This document shows positions 12,055-23,100 of a DNA stretch of 64,000 nucleotides, piece after piece (position 1 is the stretch's first letter; each line of letters starts with the position of its first letter). The stretch is from Octopus sinensis (Eukaryota). A model generated the notes under the pieces. The model was not told where the DNA came from. It searched no databases and saw only the letters and a program-made list of their open reading frames with translations. Made by a program: the position numbers and the translations under genes. The stretch spans positions 55,688,464-55,752,463 of the forward strand of contig NC_043011.1 in NCBI RefSeq assembly GCF_006345805.1. The letters run 5' to 3'.

Positions 12055-15000
12055 CTGAAATGCAACAGAGAATTGTGTACAGAATAAAACAATGGAGAAA
12101 AAAATATATATATATAAAAAAAAAAAGAAAACTCATTGTAATGGAAACAAGAAGAAATAATTGACCAAAGAATGAATTCCTGAAGTGTTTGAGAAGATGG
12201 AGTTTCTTGTTGGAATTTCTTCAATTATTCAGGTTTTGGTAAAAGACGCAATCATCATCATCATTTAACAGCTGTTTTCCATACTGGCATGGACTACACA
12301 GTTTGACGGAAGCTGGTAAGCCGGAGAACTGCACCAGGCTCCAGTCATTTGTTTTGGCTTGGTTTCTCTGGCTGGATGCCTTTCCTGATGCCAACCACTT
12401 TACAGAGTATTTTCCATGTGTTATTGGCACAGATGCCTTTCATGTGTCATTGGCACTGACCACGACCATCATATCACCTAGCTTGATGTATCTTCTCAAG
12501 CACAGCAAATCGCCAGAAGTCTCAGTCACTTGTCATCACTTCCGTGAGACTTTAAAACCGATGATCATATACTTATTCTCCATTGCATGTGCACACTGAC
12601 ATTACACATCCAGTGGAGCATACATTAACTTCATTTCTTTCAAGCCTTCACATATCCTCTGCAGTCACAGCCATGTAGCAAGGCTATTCACACACAGGCT
12701 TCATATAATCTGCCTTTCACTCTGAGGAAGAGGCCCTTTGCTACTAACAAGATAGTAATCAAAATTACATTCGATGCCTGGCATCCGTGCTAGCAGGGTG
12801 CAAAGAGCACCATACGAGTGTGATCGTTGACAGAGCAGCTAACCGGCTTCCATGCCAATGGCACATAAAAACCACCATTCGAGTGTGATCATTACCAGCG
12901 TCACCTTACTGGCACTTGTGCCCATGCTAGCAGGGTGCCAAGAGCACCATTCAAGCGTGATCGTTGCCAGAGCAGCCAACTGGCTTCAATGCTGGTGGCA
13001 CGTAAAAAGGCACCATTCAAGCGAGGTCATTGCCAGTACCGCCTGACTGGCCCCTGTGCCGGTGGCACGTAAAAAGCACCCACTACACTCTCAGAGTGGT
13101 TGGCGTTAGGAAGGGCATCCAACTGTAGAAACTCTGCCAAATCAAGATTGGAGCCTGGTGCAGCCATCTGGTTCGCCAGCCCTCAGTCAAAATCGTCCAA
13201 CCCATGCTTGCATGGAAAGCGGACGTTAAACGATGATGATGATGATGAGATAAAAGCTCTCTGAACTTTGCCTGGCCTCTTCTTATGCTTTCAAAGCTCC
13301 CTCCTCCATTGCTAACTTGGTCACCTAGGTATCAGAAGCCATCTACTCCTAAGTATCCCCCTGGGCAGTTGAGAAGTCTATTTTTTGTACATTCTTAATG
13401 TTTAATATACCTACTCATCTGCCACACACAAAGACTACTTTCTCTGTTAACCTCCTTCTGATGCTGCTGCACCTCTTATGTGCTCATTAGCTTGCATTAG
13501 GTACACCTTATGGAGTTTCTGCAAACACATTTTCTACATATCAAGCATGGCCATCTCCCTGAAGAGATTTGTGATTTGCTTGTTTTCCTACTTACTAAGA
13601 ATGTAGACTTTGCTAAATTAACTCAAAGACCCTCTGATTCCAGACCTTGCTTCCATACCTGGAATTTCTTCTTTAGTTCTGGTAGTGATTCAGCTATAAG
13701 AACAAGGTCATCAGTATTGAGGAGTCCCCAAGGGCAGCTTATCTTAAATTCCTTCGTTATGGCCTGAAGGACTATGATGAACAAGAGGGGGCTGAGAACT
13801 GATCCTTGGTGAACTCTTACTTGTACCCTGAATTCATTGCTATACTCGTTGCCAACCTTCACCTTACTGACAGCATCCATGTACATGGCTGGTACAGCTC
13901 CCACCAACTCCTCATCTATCCCTAGCTTTCACATTGACCACCAGATAAGGGAGTGGGGGACCCTGTCAAAGGCTTTCTCCATGTCAACAAAAATACAGAG
14001 GTTCATTTTTGGCTAGCTACTTCTCCTGCAGCTGCCTTACCAGGAATATCGCATCAGTGGTGCTTCTCCCTGGCACAAAACCAAACTGCTTCTCATCTAC
14101 ACTGAGTCCCTTCCAAATTAGTTGAGCTATGACCTTCTCTGTAACTTTCATTACCTGGTCCAACAATTTGATACCCCTGTAATTATTTGTTTAACCCTTT
14201 AGCATTTAAACTGGCCATATCCGGCCAAAAATATTCTGCTTGTTTTATGTTCAAACTGGCCAGATCTGGTCTCTCACACCAACCCTACAATGTCGTTTTA
14301 AAAATTAACAGCTACCTCATGAAAATCTCATAGCTACAAGATTAATGAATCATTAGTTCAAAACAATGTGGATGAAAAAGCATTAATTTTGGCAGAATAA
14401 TGCAAACACTAAAGGGTTAAGGTGTCACTTTTACAGTTGTAGCAGTTGACCATGGTGCTGCTACACCAGTCATTGGGTACGACTCCTTCATGTGCCACCT
14501 GGTTAACTGTATGGGTGACTAGACCACATACCACTCTGCTAGATATTTTAAGCATCTCAGGAGCGACTCCTGATGGACCTGGGACTTTCTTTGTCTTCAT
14601 AATTTTCATTGCTTTATCTACCAAGCTACTGTCTATTTGGATAGCTGGTCCCTCTGCTGGGTCTAGATTAATTATTTCTTAAAAACAAGACCAAAGAATT
14701 AGAAATGATTTAATAAATTTGTTTACTGTAAACACCAGGAGTTGTCTCTTCAGCTTGAATGATCTGAGTCCGGAGAATCATCTCAGAATCTTCAGCAATT
14801 TTCAATAACTGAAAAAAAAAAGCAGTAAAAATAAAACAATTGTCAGGTTTTGGATTAGCAAATATAATTCACAGAGTTCAAATTGTGGAATAAATTTTAT
14901 GCCAAGAGGAAGAAAAGAAATGTTCATTGGAGAGAGAGAGAGAGGGAGAGAGAAAGATGAAATGGTCAAATGATAATTGATTGACATTTAAATTGGTCTT

Positions 15001-15726
15001 AGACAAAGAATTCAACCCAAAATATTCGACCTTTTCCTCATGGAATCAGATTTATTCCATTGTTTAAATGTTCATACAATAAAATGTTAAATGATTTAAG
15101 GTTTTGACACATTCATTTGCCTTTATTGATAAAACGACCCAACAAAGTAATCTGTACAAAATAGCTTGACCTGTTAAAACTAGTAGCCAAATCTCCTTTC
15201 AAAGGGGAACATGTATAGTATAATTCTAGATACACTATGCCTACCAGAGGTGGGATGGTCATAGCTGGAATGCCATTGACCTTTTCTTCTGTATAATCCA
15301 GACTGTCCTCAGATTAAACAGATGTGGATAATAATGGCTTTATCTGGATAGTTGTTAATGCTTTTATATGAAAGAAAGTCTTATCAGTTCTGCTAGAGTG
15401 AAAACACACCGACACACTCCAGTTGTGATGAGAGAGGAATTAAAAAATAAAATCAAATAAAATATGGAACCACAGATGGAACAATTGTGTTGCTTTTTCT
15501 CCCCTGCCCCTCTCTTTCTGCATGTGTGTGTGTGTGTATCCAAAATTAAGGAATGGAGTAGATATGATCCAGGCTACATATGTTTCCTTCTGCTAGCAGA
15601 ACCTCGGAAATAGTAATTACCCAAACAAGGAGTAATCTGCTAGCTACTCAGCAGGCCAAAGATACTTTAACCAAATGAATATATATATATATATATATCA
15701 TCATCATCATTTAACGTCCGCTTTCC

Positions 15727-15790
<64 letters not shown>

Positions 15791-18700
15791 TTTACGAAAA
15801 ATACAAAAGACGAAGACAGGTGGTGTACAAAACAAACAGATGTATTAGTATAATGCTCAGGAATAGAAAAAGTCTTTTACGTTTCGAGCCTACGCTCTTC
15901 TACAGAAAGGAACACAGAAGAAACAGGGAGAGAAAAAAATGTGTGTAGTGGTTAATGATCTATCATGGCGATCTATATTGAACAACGCCACCACATCTAT
16001 TATGATTGAAACTATTTCATTAAAATGAAATAGAGAATAGTCAAACCTTAGGCCTACATTTCATTTATATTAGGGGCTGACCAATGTCTTCTGAGTGCAG
16101 AAACCCATTGAAGGGATCATTCTCGTTTTTAATGTCTTCTGGTTTAACACCTCTAGTTAAACCTTGGTACTCGTTATCAGGACAACTTCCTTCTTTCTGC
16201 CCTTTAAGGGCTCATATGCAATGATCCCCCTTTCCCTTTATTTGAGGCAGTGAAAAGAAGCCAATATTTTTAAAATTGATTCCTTGAACTAAATGTTATA
16301 CCTGAGTAAGTTATACAAATGACATAAAAATAATTTGATCACCTTTTTGATTCCTGTTGGATCAGTTTCATTTATATTTTTCCGAAATTCTTGGTTGATC
16401 TTCTGTTTTGAAGCTATGAGTGACAAAATAATGAAAAAGGAAGGGAAAAATAATGCAGCTGATTTTATATTCTTACCACAATTATCAAGAATCTATTTTA
16501 AATAGGTTTACCCATCAAAAATACACATTTCCTACCGTTGCAGTAATAACAAACTATTAAAAAAATCTGGAGCCAGATATCTGCGTATGTCTTTGAAGAT
16601 TGGTGTAACTGAGAGAATATATAAGAGGGCTTTTAGAGGAGCTCAGGTCCGTATAAAGCATATGCAGTAATGTACAAATATCTGGGAAGTGAACAATGCA
16701 TGAGTCAGGTACATGCTTTTGTGTGTATGGAGGGGAGAAAATCAGGTGTAGTGTTGGCAAATCTCAGGAAGCATGGAAGTTTTGAAGGATGCAGTGCTCC
16801 GACAACTAACAACTGATGCCGGCAGTTTGTTCCATGCTTCAGCAACTCTTAGTGTGAAAAAATGTTTCTGAAAATCATGGGAGCTGTGCTGTTTTCTGAC
16901 TTTGTAAACATGTCCATGGGTGTTAGACAGGCGGAGTTTGAAAAGGTGCTCAGAGTTATTGTTAGTAAGATGGTTAATAATTTTATGGGTGTCTGCCAAG
17001 TCAGCTGCCAGACGTCGGAGTTTCAATGTATCCATGCCCAGGGAAGTAAGGCGTTCAGAATATGGCAAATGCCTGATGGAGGGTATTCTCTTGGTTTACT
17101 TTACTTAATAGATATAATAATGCCTTGCTCTGTGTTATTTCTAGAATTTCTACTTAAAAAAGAGTAGGATTCTAATTATTTCAATGAAAACAAATTTCTT
17201 GAGTTAATAATGAAATTCTCTTCAACCATACCTTCCAGTGCTGTTAAGTCATTTTCAAAAACTTTTCTCCTTGTTCTGTGGAGTTGCTTAAAGGCAGCAA
17301 TAACCTGGAAAATGTTCAAACATTTTTAAGTGATTTTATATTTTTCTGCTTCACTAGAAATGATTTTTTTTATTGTTTCTTTTTATTTTGTTAGTATTCT
17401 AGTTTGTATTTTATTTCGTCTTTATTCCCATTAAAGTCTAAATATTATTATTATTCTGTTTAACCCCTGGTCAACACTAATCAAAGCTAACATTTATCTT
17501 TGACTTATTTATCTTTTACTTGTTTCAATCATTAGACTGTGGCCATACTGGGACACTGCCTTGTAGAACTTTTAGTTGTACTGGTATTTTTATATATTAT
17601 ATATGTAAAGCTTATGTTATACATGCATGTATATTGTTATAATTGTTTTTTTAAAATAAATAAATAAATATATTAAATAAAATCAAAAACTGAACACAAA
17701 GGATATCGCGGTACACGTGTTTCAAGCTTTATAAACGACCTGTTCTTACATCAGTGTATAATAGATGTAAAAGATGGTTTAAAGCTCTCTTCAGCCGCAA
17801 ACATTGTTATTCCAAAGAGTTATCCTTTGTGTTCTGTTTTTGATTTTATTTGATATATTCCCTCTCACCTCTGCCACTATCTGGCATATACAGGTGCTTA
17901 CACTTATCAAGTATTCACCCTAATTTTGCAGTAACTAAATAAATAGACATAATATAATGTCTAAAAGCTAACATATAATTAAAGACATTCCAACCAAGCC
18001 TATCCATTCCGGCTTCTAGGGATATGTTAGACTACACCATCCAATGTGTCGTTTACCTTTGTCGAAGATGGAAGATTTGGTTGCTATTTCTAGCAGGTTG
18101 AGACTCCATATTTCCTAAGTTTGTATTCAAAGACAGATGAAGTTCTAAAATTCTTAGCAATCCTGAAATGAATCTTAGTATTATCCCAGATAGGGCAACA
18201 CTGCCTGATGTGGTCCCATCGATCTGTGGTTCTATGTCAGGGAGGTTCCTCTTATCAGTTGGCTAGAAACAGCAGCTAACGGTCGGGGGCAACAGTTTAC
18301 ACTCTTTCCTTATAATTTAGAAACCTGTGAACCTATCTCAACGATTAATGTTATAATTACAATTGCGTTGCTCGTGTTTCATTGAATGTGGTGATTTTTT
18401 TTCATTTGTTAGACGTTTAATTGAATTTCATTTGAAATGACAATTAACCATTATATTCCTTACACCGATATATTTCTGCAATTAATCCAGTTTCAGGTCT
18501 TTTCATATATTTTAAATTTAACCCACAATGTAGAGATCATCCCGCAGTACATACCTATTTCTTTTAATACCCACATAGAGACGACAAACAAGGACAGACA
18601 AACGGATTAAGTCGATTATATCAACCCCAGTGCGTAACTGGTACTTATTTAATCGACCCCAAAGGGATGAAAGGCAAAGTCGACCGCAGCGGAATTTGAA

Positions 18701-19443
18701 CTCAGAACATAACGGCAGACGAAATACCGCTAAGCATTTCGCCCGGCGTGCTAACGATTCTGCCAGCTCGCCGCCTTGTATCCCGCAGTACAGATATGAA
18801 GCAATCACAATTCGAAAATGCCATATTTCCTGAACATGGGCAGAGAATTAAGGATTTCGACAATGGCATTTGAAGAATCGTTATTATAATATAACTTGCT
18901 GTTATTTCCATTAAATCTATTAACAAAATGTCAAGTTTATGTATAATTAATTCAAAAGTTCAATAATACAGAATGTTAATTCAATGACTTGACACCTCGA
19001 TGTAATTAACGAAACAATGCCAGGTAGCAACATAAGGTCTTACGGCTATTAATGTGATGGTGAGATGTTCATGTCAGCGGCTCCAAGTTTGGCTTTACAG
19101 GTGTGTCATTAAGAGTCGCCTTCAAACGGTTCCAGGCGATTTTAAAAAGGAATTCGTTAATTAATAACTCATATGACATTATTATTTCAGATCGGATAAT
19201 TTTCCAGTAAATATAATTAATAATAATAAAAAAATAAACAGAAATAAATTCATTAGATGAATGAAGGTCAAATTAAAAACCATGCGACTGATTGCCTGAT
19301 ATTATAGCAGAGTTGCTTCAATACCAAACACGAACGTTTATCTGCAATATAGAACAACAACAATTATACTTTTTTCGGCAATAATTAGTTGCGGAAGGAG
19401 ACATAATTAAACCTAAAACACTTCTTACCTGCTTTCTGAACAT
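11951..19443 (-). CDS. LYRM7: LYR motif-containing protein 7 / complex III assembly factor (MZM1L), 114 aa; join(19429-19443,17232-17304,16343-16413,14727-14808,11951-12054)
   Basis: Manual splicing with GT-AG sites and matching phases gives MFRKQVIAAFKQLHRTRRKVFENDLTALEASKQKINQEFRKNINETDPTGIKKLLKIAEDSEMILRTQIIQAEETTPGVYKAKITDDTFKDTNYPFKPDAKIPEFKRGKKKSSS*. This resembles human LYRM7 as recalled (VLQLFKTLHRTRQQVFKND..KINEEFKNNK..ELMKIGSDVELLLRTSVIQ). Internal exons are 73/71/82 nt. Confidence 0.93.
12775..13248 (+). mobile_element. SINE family A
   Basis: Same core and (GAT)n tail; interrupts an RTE fragment. Confidence 0.85.
14195..14416. mobile_element. piggyBac-like MITE
   Basis: TTAA|CCCTTTAG ... 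CTAAAGGG|TTAA. Confidence 0.85.
14727..14808 (-). CDS. LYRM7: LYRM7 coding exon 4 (LLKIAEDSEMILRTQIIQAEETTPGVY)
   Basis: tttttttcag|TTA...TACA|gtaaac; 82 nt, phase 0->1. Confidence 0.93.
15680..15790. repeat. (AT)n(AG)n array containing a 31-bp scrap of SINE-A tail
   Basis: TCATCATCATCATTTAACGTCCGCTTTCCAT at ~15698-15728 between (AT)n runs. Confidence 0.9.
15790..15975 (-). mobile_element. Probable Penelope-like terminal-repeat fragment
   Basis: Minus-strand CTGTAGAA-GAGC-GTAG-GCTC-GAAAC (degenerate hammerhead core) next to a (TA)n(GA)n array. Confidence 0.45.
16343..16413 (-). CDS. LYRM7: LYRM7 coding exon 3 (ASKQKINQEFRKNINETDPTGIKK)
   Basis: ctcatag|CT...AAG|gtgatc; 71 nt, phase 1->0. 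Confidence 0.93.
16641..17095 (-). mobile_element. CR1-group LINE 3' fragment (LYRM7 intron 2)
   Basis: Nearly identical to 5716-6135. Confidence 0.9.
17232..17304 (-). CDS. LYRM7: LYRM7 coding exon 2 (VIAAFKQLHRTRRKVFENDLTALE)
   Basis: ttttccag|GTT...GAAG|gtatgg; 73 nt, phase 0->1; LYR-like motif reads AFK. Confidence 0.93.
17667..17859. repeat. 39-bp inverted repeat enclosing the hammerhead
   Basis: Arms 17667-17705 and 17821-17859, 2 mismatches. Confidence 0.9.
17706..17800 (-). ncRNA. Minimal type I hammerhead ribozyme (Penelope-type) in LYRM7 intron 1
   Basis: Minus strand reads TTGCGG-CTGAAGA-GAGCTTTA...TAAAGCTT-GAAA-C-ACGT-GTA^-CCGCGA: 6-bp stem I, intact core, 8-bp stem II, palindromic stem III ACACGTGT, GUA site. 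Confidence 0.8.
18557..18775 (-). mobile_element. SINE family C with 13-bp target-site duplication
   Basis: ATCCCGCAGTACA at 18539-18551 and 18780-18792. Confidence 0.88.
19429..19443 (-). CDS. LYRM7: LYRM7 coding exon 1 (MFRKQ)
   Basis: ATG TTC AGA AAG CAG|GTAAGA; strong donor, phase 0. Confidence 0.85.
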
Positions 19444-19969
19444 GTTTACATTTCATTACAAGTCTCGCATCTCATTTGTGAAGTCACGCGAAAACTCGTC
19501 GGTTCGCTGTAACTATGGCAACTGTTAAGCAACAAAGATGGTTCCCGCAACGAACAGTTTCCTGTCACTGCCGAAAAATAGATGTTTGTTACGTTAACTA
19601 TCTTGGAGGAACTGGGAATTGTTTGTTCAAGGAAAAGACGATAAGGAGAAAACCGTTTCAGATATTCTAATAGCGATAAAATTTATTAATTATTATTATG
19701 TGAGAAAAATAATTATAACTATATTAATTTTATAATATATTGTATTTATTATAACTTTACAAAAGTAAGCGTTAAGAGTATGGAGAAAGAAAAAGGAAAG
19801 AAAAGCATGAATATTCCATTCAATAGTGCATCATTCCAGGGAAGACTAGTGTTCCTTTCTAAAAGTATCTGAGACCGCCCCACCCAAGATACGGCATTAG
19901 CGCGGGAATTTCCAGATATTTTAATTTTTCATATCTCTTTCATTGGTTCACAATTTCACAGCTCAAACG
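19444..19969. promoter_or_regulatory. Bidirectional promoter and 5'UTR region shared by LYRM7 (-) and TMEM232 (+)
   Basis: Divergent ATGs at 19443 and 19970; locally CpG-richer; probable TMEM232 5'UTR exon ending at donor AAAA|gtaagc (19764) and splicing to 19962. Confidence 0.75.
19509..19522 (+). promoter_or_regulatory. RFX X-box GTAACTATGGCAAC
   Basis: Matches GTHNYY-AT-RRNAAC; further GCAAC half-sites at 19530-19534 and 19547-19551. Confidence 0.7.
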
Positions 19970-20106
19970 ATGCCTATTTTCTACCTTCCGATTGTCAATA
20001 AATTTGGGATACTTTCCGAACAACAGCGACGTAATATAAACAAACGACTTCACACGAAGCAACCTTCAAATGCCAGCGATACGAGGCCTTCCTTTTCTTC
20101 AAATAG
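19970..20106 (+). CDS. TMEM232: TMEM232 coding exon 1 (MPIFYLPIVNKFGILSEQQRRNINKRLHTK...SSNR)
   Basis: Acceptor tttcacag at 19961, ATG at 19970, donor AG|gtgaac, phase 2. Confidence 0.8.
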
Positions 20107-23100
20107 GTGAACACAAAAGTTTATTTATCTTTTACTTGTTCCAATAATTAGACTGCGGTCATACTGGGACACCGCCTTGTAGAACGTTTAGTCGTACGAA
20201 TCGGCCTCTGTGTTTTTTTTCTTCTTTTAAGCCTGGTACCATCAGTCGATATTTTGCCGATTCGCTACAAACGGGAACGTAAAACACCAACACCGGTTGT
20301 GGGGCAAACATTGACACAATGACACACACACACATAGATACATGTATTTCAGAATTTGGAATACGATAACAGGTAAGAGAAAAAAATTAGTTGAGTGTTG
20401 TCGTGAAAACACGAGAAGAGTTGAGGGGTGAGACGTTAAAAAAAACTTTTTTGAAAGAGACTTCCCACCATTATTTTGAAATGTACGACATTCACACAAC
20501 ATCCATAAATTTTTATCACATGGGAACAGACCTGCATTTTTAAGCTGTTGTATTTTTTCTTTTTATCAAAAAAAATCTCTCTTCACTTCTACGATTTTAT
20601 TTAAACGAAAAGCTTCCTTTTATTCATGTTACATGAAGATTTAATTGAACTTTTTAATAAGAAAATCAAAAAAAGTTCTAATTACTTTTCCTTAAATCTA
20701 CCAAATTAAATAAAACCTCAAATTTTTTATTTGTTACAGAAGCCCATTGCAAGTTACTGAGGAATTTGTTGAAAATTACAACAAAGTTAAGAATTTAGAA
20801 GAACAGAAGAAATATCATGCAAGGGCAGTTCAAATGCTTCTTAGAATCAAAGTAAGAATTATGTCTGGTATTTTCGCATCTGAAGTTCTTTGAACTGATG
20901 ACAAACAAGAGACAAGATTTACTGGTTTTGTTATTAGAAGTGATTAATATAAACTCTGCTTCCAAATGCTGTTGTTCCTTTCACCGTATTCTTGTCTTTT
21001 ATTATAATTTTATTTACTTGTCAGGAATACTTTATTGAGTTATTAATAGGAGAGCCTGCACCAGCCTGTTAATGTAGTTTATTGAGCCAGGAAGGACGAA
21101 ATGCAAAGTTGATTTCAGAAGAGTATGAACTTGTTAGACTTGCAAATAACTCTGCCAAATCCACTTCTCTTGGTACAAATGACCGCAAATAACAAACCAT
21201 CTTGCTGGGCAATAATATTGAAATGCAAGGAAAAGAAACGGCTTTAAAGCGTTCTTCAGTGGCAGTTTTTATGAATTACCAATCTATATCTAACTTTGCT
21301 AATTTTATGTGTGTAAATATTAACACAATGTCAAAAACTCAATACATGAGTAAGAACAAATATTTAATACATAGAGTTCCAGTTTCAGCTGTGTATATAT
21401 ATGTATGTATTTATATTTATAACTTAACCTTATGAACTTTCTAAACTCTCTGACGAAGCCCAGAGACAGACCCAAGTACCTAAATCTTATCTACCAAATA
21501 CTTCAGTTCCCTGAAGGGATATAAGTAGATTGGGGCACTTTGGCCTCTTGGCTGAAACAGCTGTAAGATATAATCTTATCTTTTGTGATCTACATTATAT
21601 ATTTTAATAATTACTGGTATTTTTATATATTGTATATGTAAAGCATATTATGCTATACATGTATGTATATTGTTATAATGGTTTAAAAAATAAAATAAAT
21701 AGACATAATATAATGTTTAAAAGTTGATGAATACCACCTCTTCATCCCCTCCATTTTCTTATTGCTGTATAAATTAAGGGTAAAACAACTTTTTACCCTT
21801 ACCCATTTATTACACTCGGTAATGTAGTTGCCATGCAATGAAAAAACACTTGTGTATTAATAATTGGGTTTTCTACCAGCAGTATATTGGATAGATATTA
21901 TCCCTTAGTTGGTTGGATCCACAACACATCTAACTCTCTTGGAATATATTTCTTTATATTATATAGAGGGCACTATTATACATAGAAATAAATATATACA
22001 AAGGAAAAATTGATGTTTTTTTTCTCTTATGAGGTTTTTCATGCTAACTACTTAATAAATTCTTATGAAGATTTTATCCTATTTTTAAATTATCTCTTGG
22101 AATATATATATATATTTGTATATTTGTATATACTGCATTTACTCATGTATAATGCAAGAATTGAATCCAAAACATCATTGCCAAAATTGGAAAGTGGCAT
22201 TAAACTCAAGTATGATGTATTCAATGTGTTTAAGTATAAAAAAAGAAAAGAAAAAGTATGACTGATTTTTTTTTTAGGTACAGAAAGTGCAGAAGACATA
22301 TTTGAGATCAGATAAAAGAGTTGTTGGCCCTGCAATAAATCATCATCATCATCATCATCATCATTTAACGTCCGCTTTCCATGCTAGCATGGGTTGGACG
22401 GTTCAACTGGGGTCTGGGGAGCCCGAAGGCTGCACCAGGCCAGTCAGATCTGGCAGTGTTTCTACAGCTGGATGCCCTTCCTAACGCCAACCACTCCGAG
22501 AGTGTAGTGGGTGATTTTATGTGCCACCGACACAGGTGCCAGACGAGGCTGGCGAACGGCCACGCTCGGATGGTGTTTTTATGTGCCACCGACACAGGTG
22601 CCAGACGAGGCTGGCGAACGGCCACGCTCGGATGGTGTTTTTATGTGCCACCGACACAGGTGCCAGACAAGGCTAGCAGACGACCACGCTCGGATGGTGT
22701 TTTTTTTATGTGCCACCAACACAGGTGCCAGACGAGGCTGGCGAACGGCCACGCTCGGATGGTGTTTTTATGTGCCACCGACACAGGTGCCAGACAAGGC
22801 TAGCAGACGACCACGTTCGGATGGTGTTTTTTATGTGCCACCGACACAGGAGCCAGATTAGGCTGGCGATCGGCCACGATTGGATGGTGATTGTTACGTG
22901 CCCACAGCATGGAGGCCAGTCTGTGCGGTACTGGCTACGGCCACGTTCGGATGGTTTTCTTGTGTGCCACCGGCACTGGTACCACAAAGATACAAATTCC
23001 ATTGATGTTCATCTATTTTGATTTTGTTTGATTTTCACTTGCCTCAACAGGTCTTCACAAGTATCACAAGAAGGAAGGTATGCACAGGTGGACTGACTAC

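Larger units (their letters stand above)
12560..14690 (-). mobile_element. Decayed RTE-clade LINE (RT region) with nested insertions, LYRM7 intron 4
   Basis: VHQGSVLSPLLFIIV, LL(N)TDDLVLIAES, KKVPGPSGV; many stops. Confidence 0.85.

Noticed and set aside
19780-19872. MEKEKGKKSMNIPFN... as the first TMEM232 coding exon
   Set aside because: It has no phase-2 donor and hits a stop; 19970-20106 fits phase and homology better.
22521-22980. CRISPR-like regular array
   Set aside because: Tandem units without unique spacers, inside a eukaryotic SINE.
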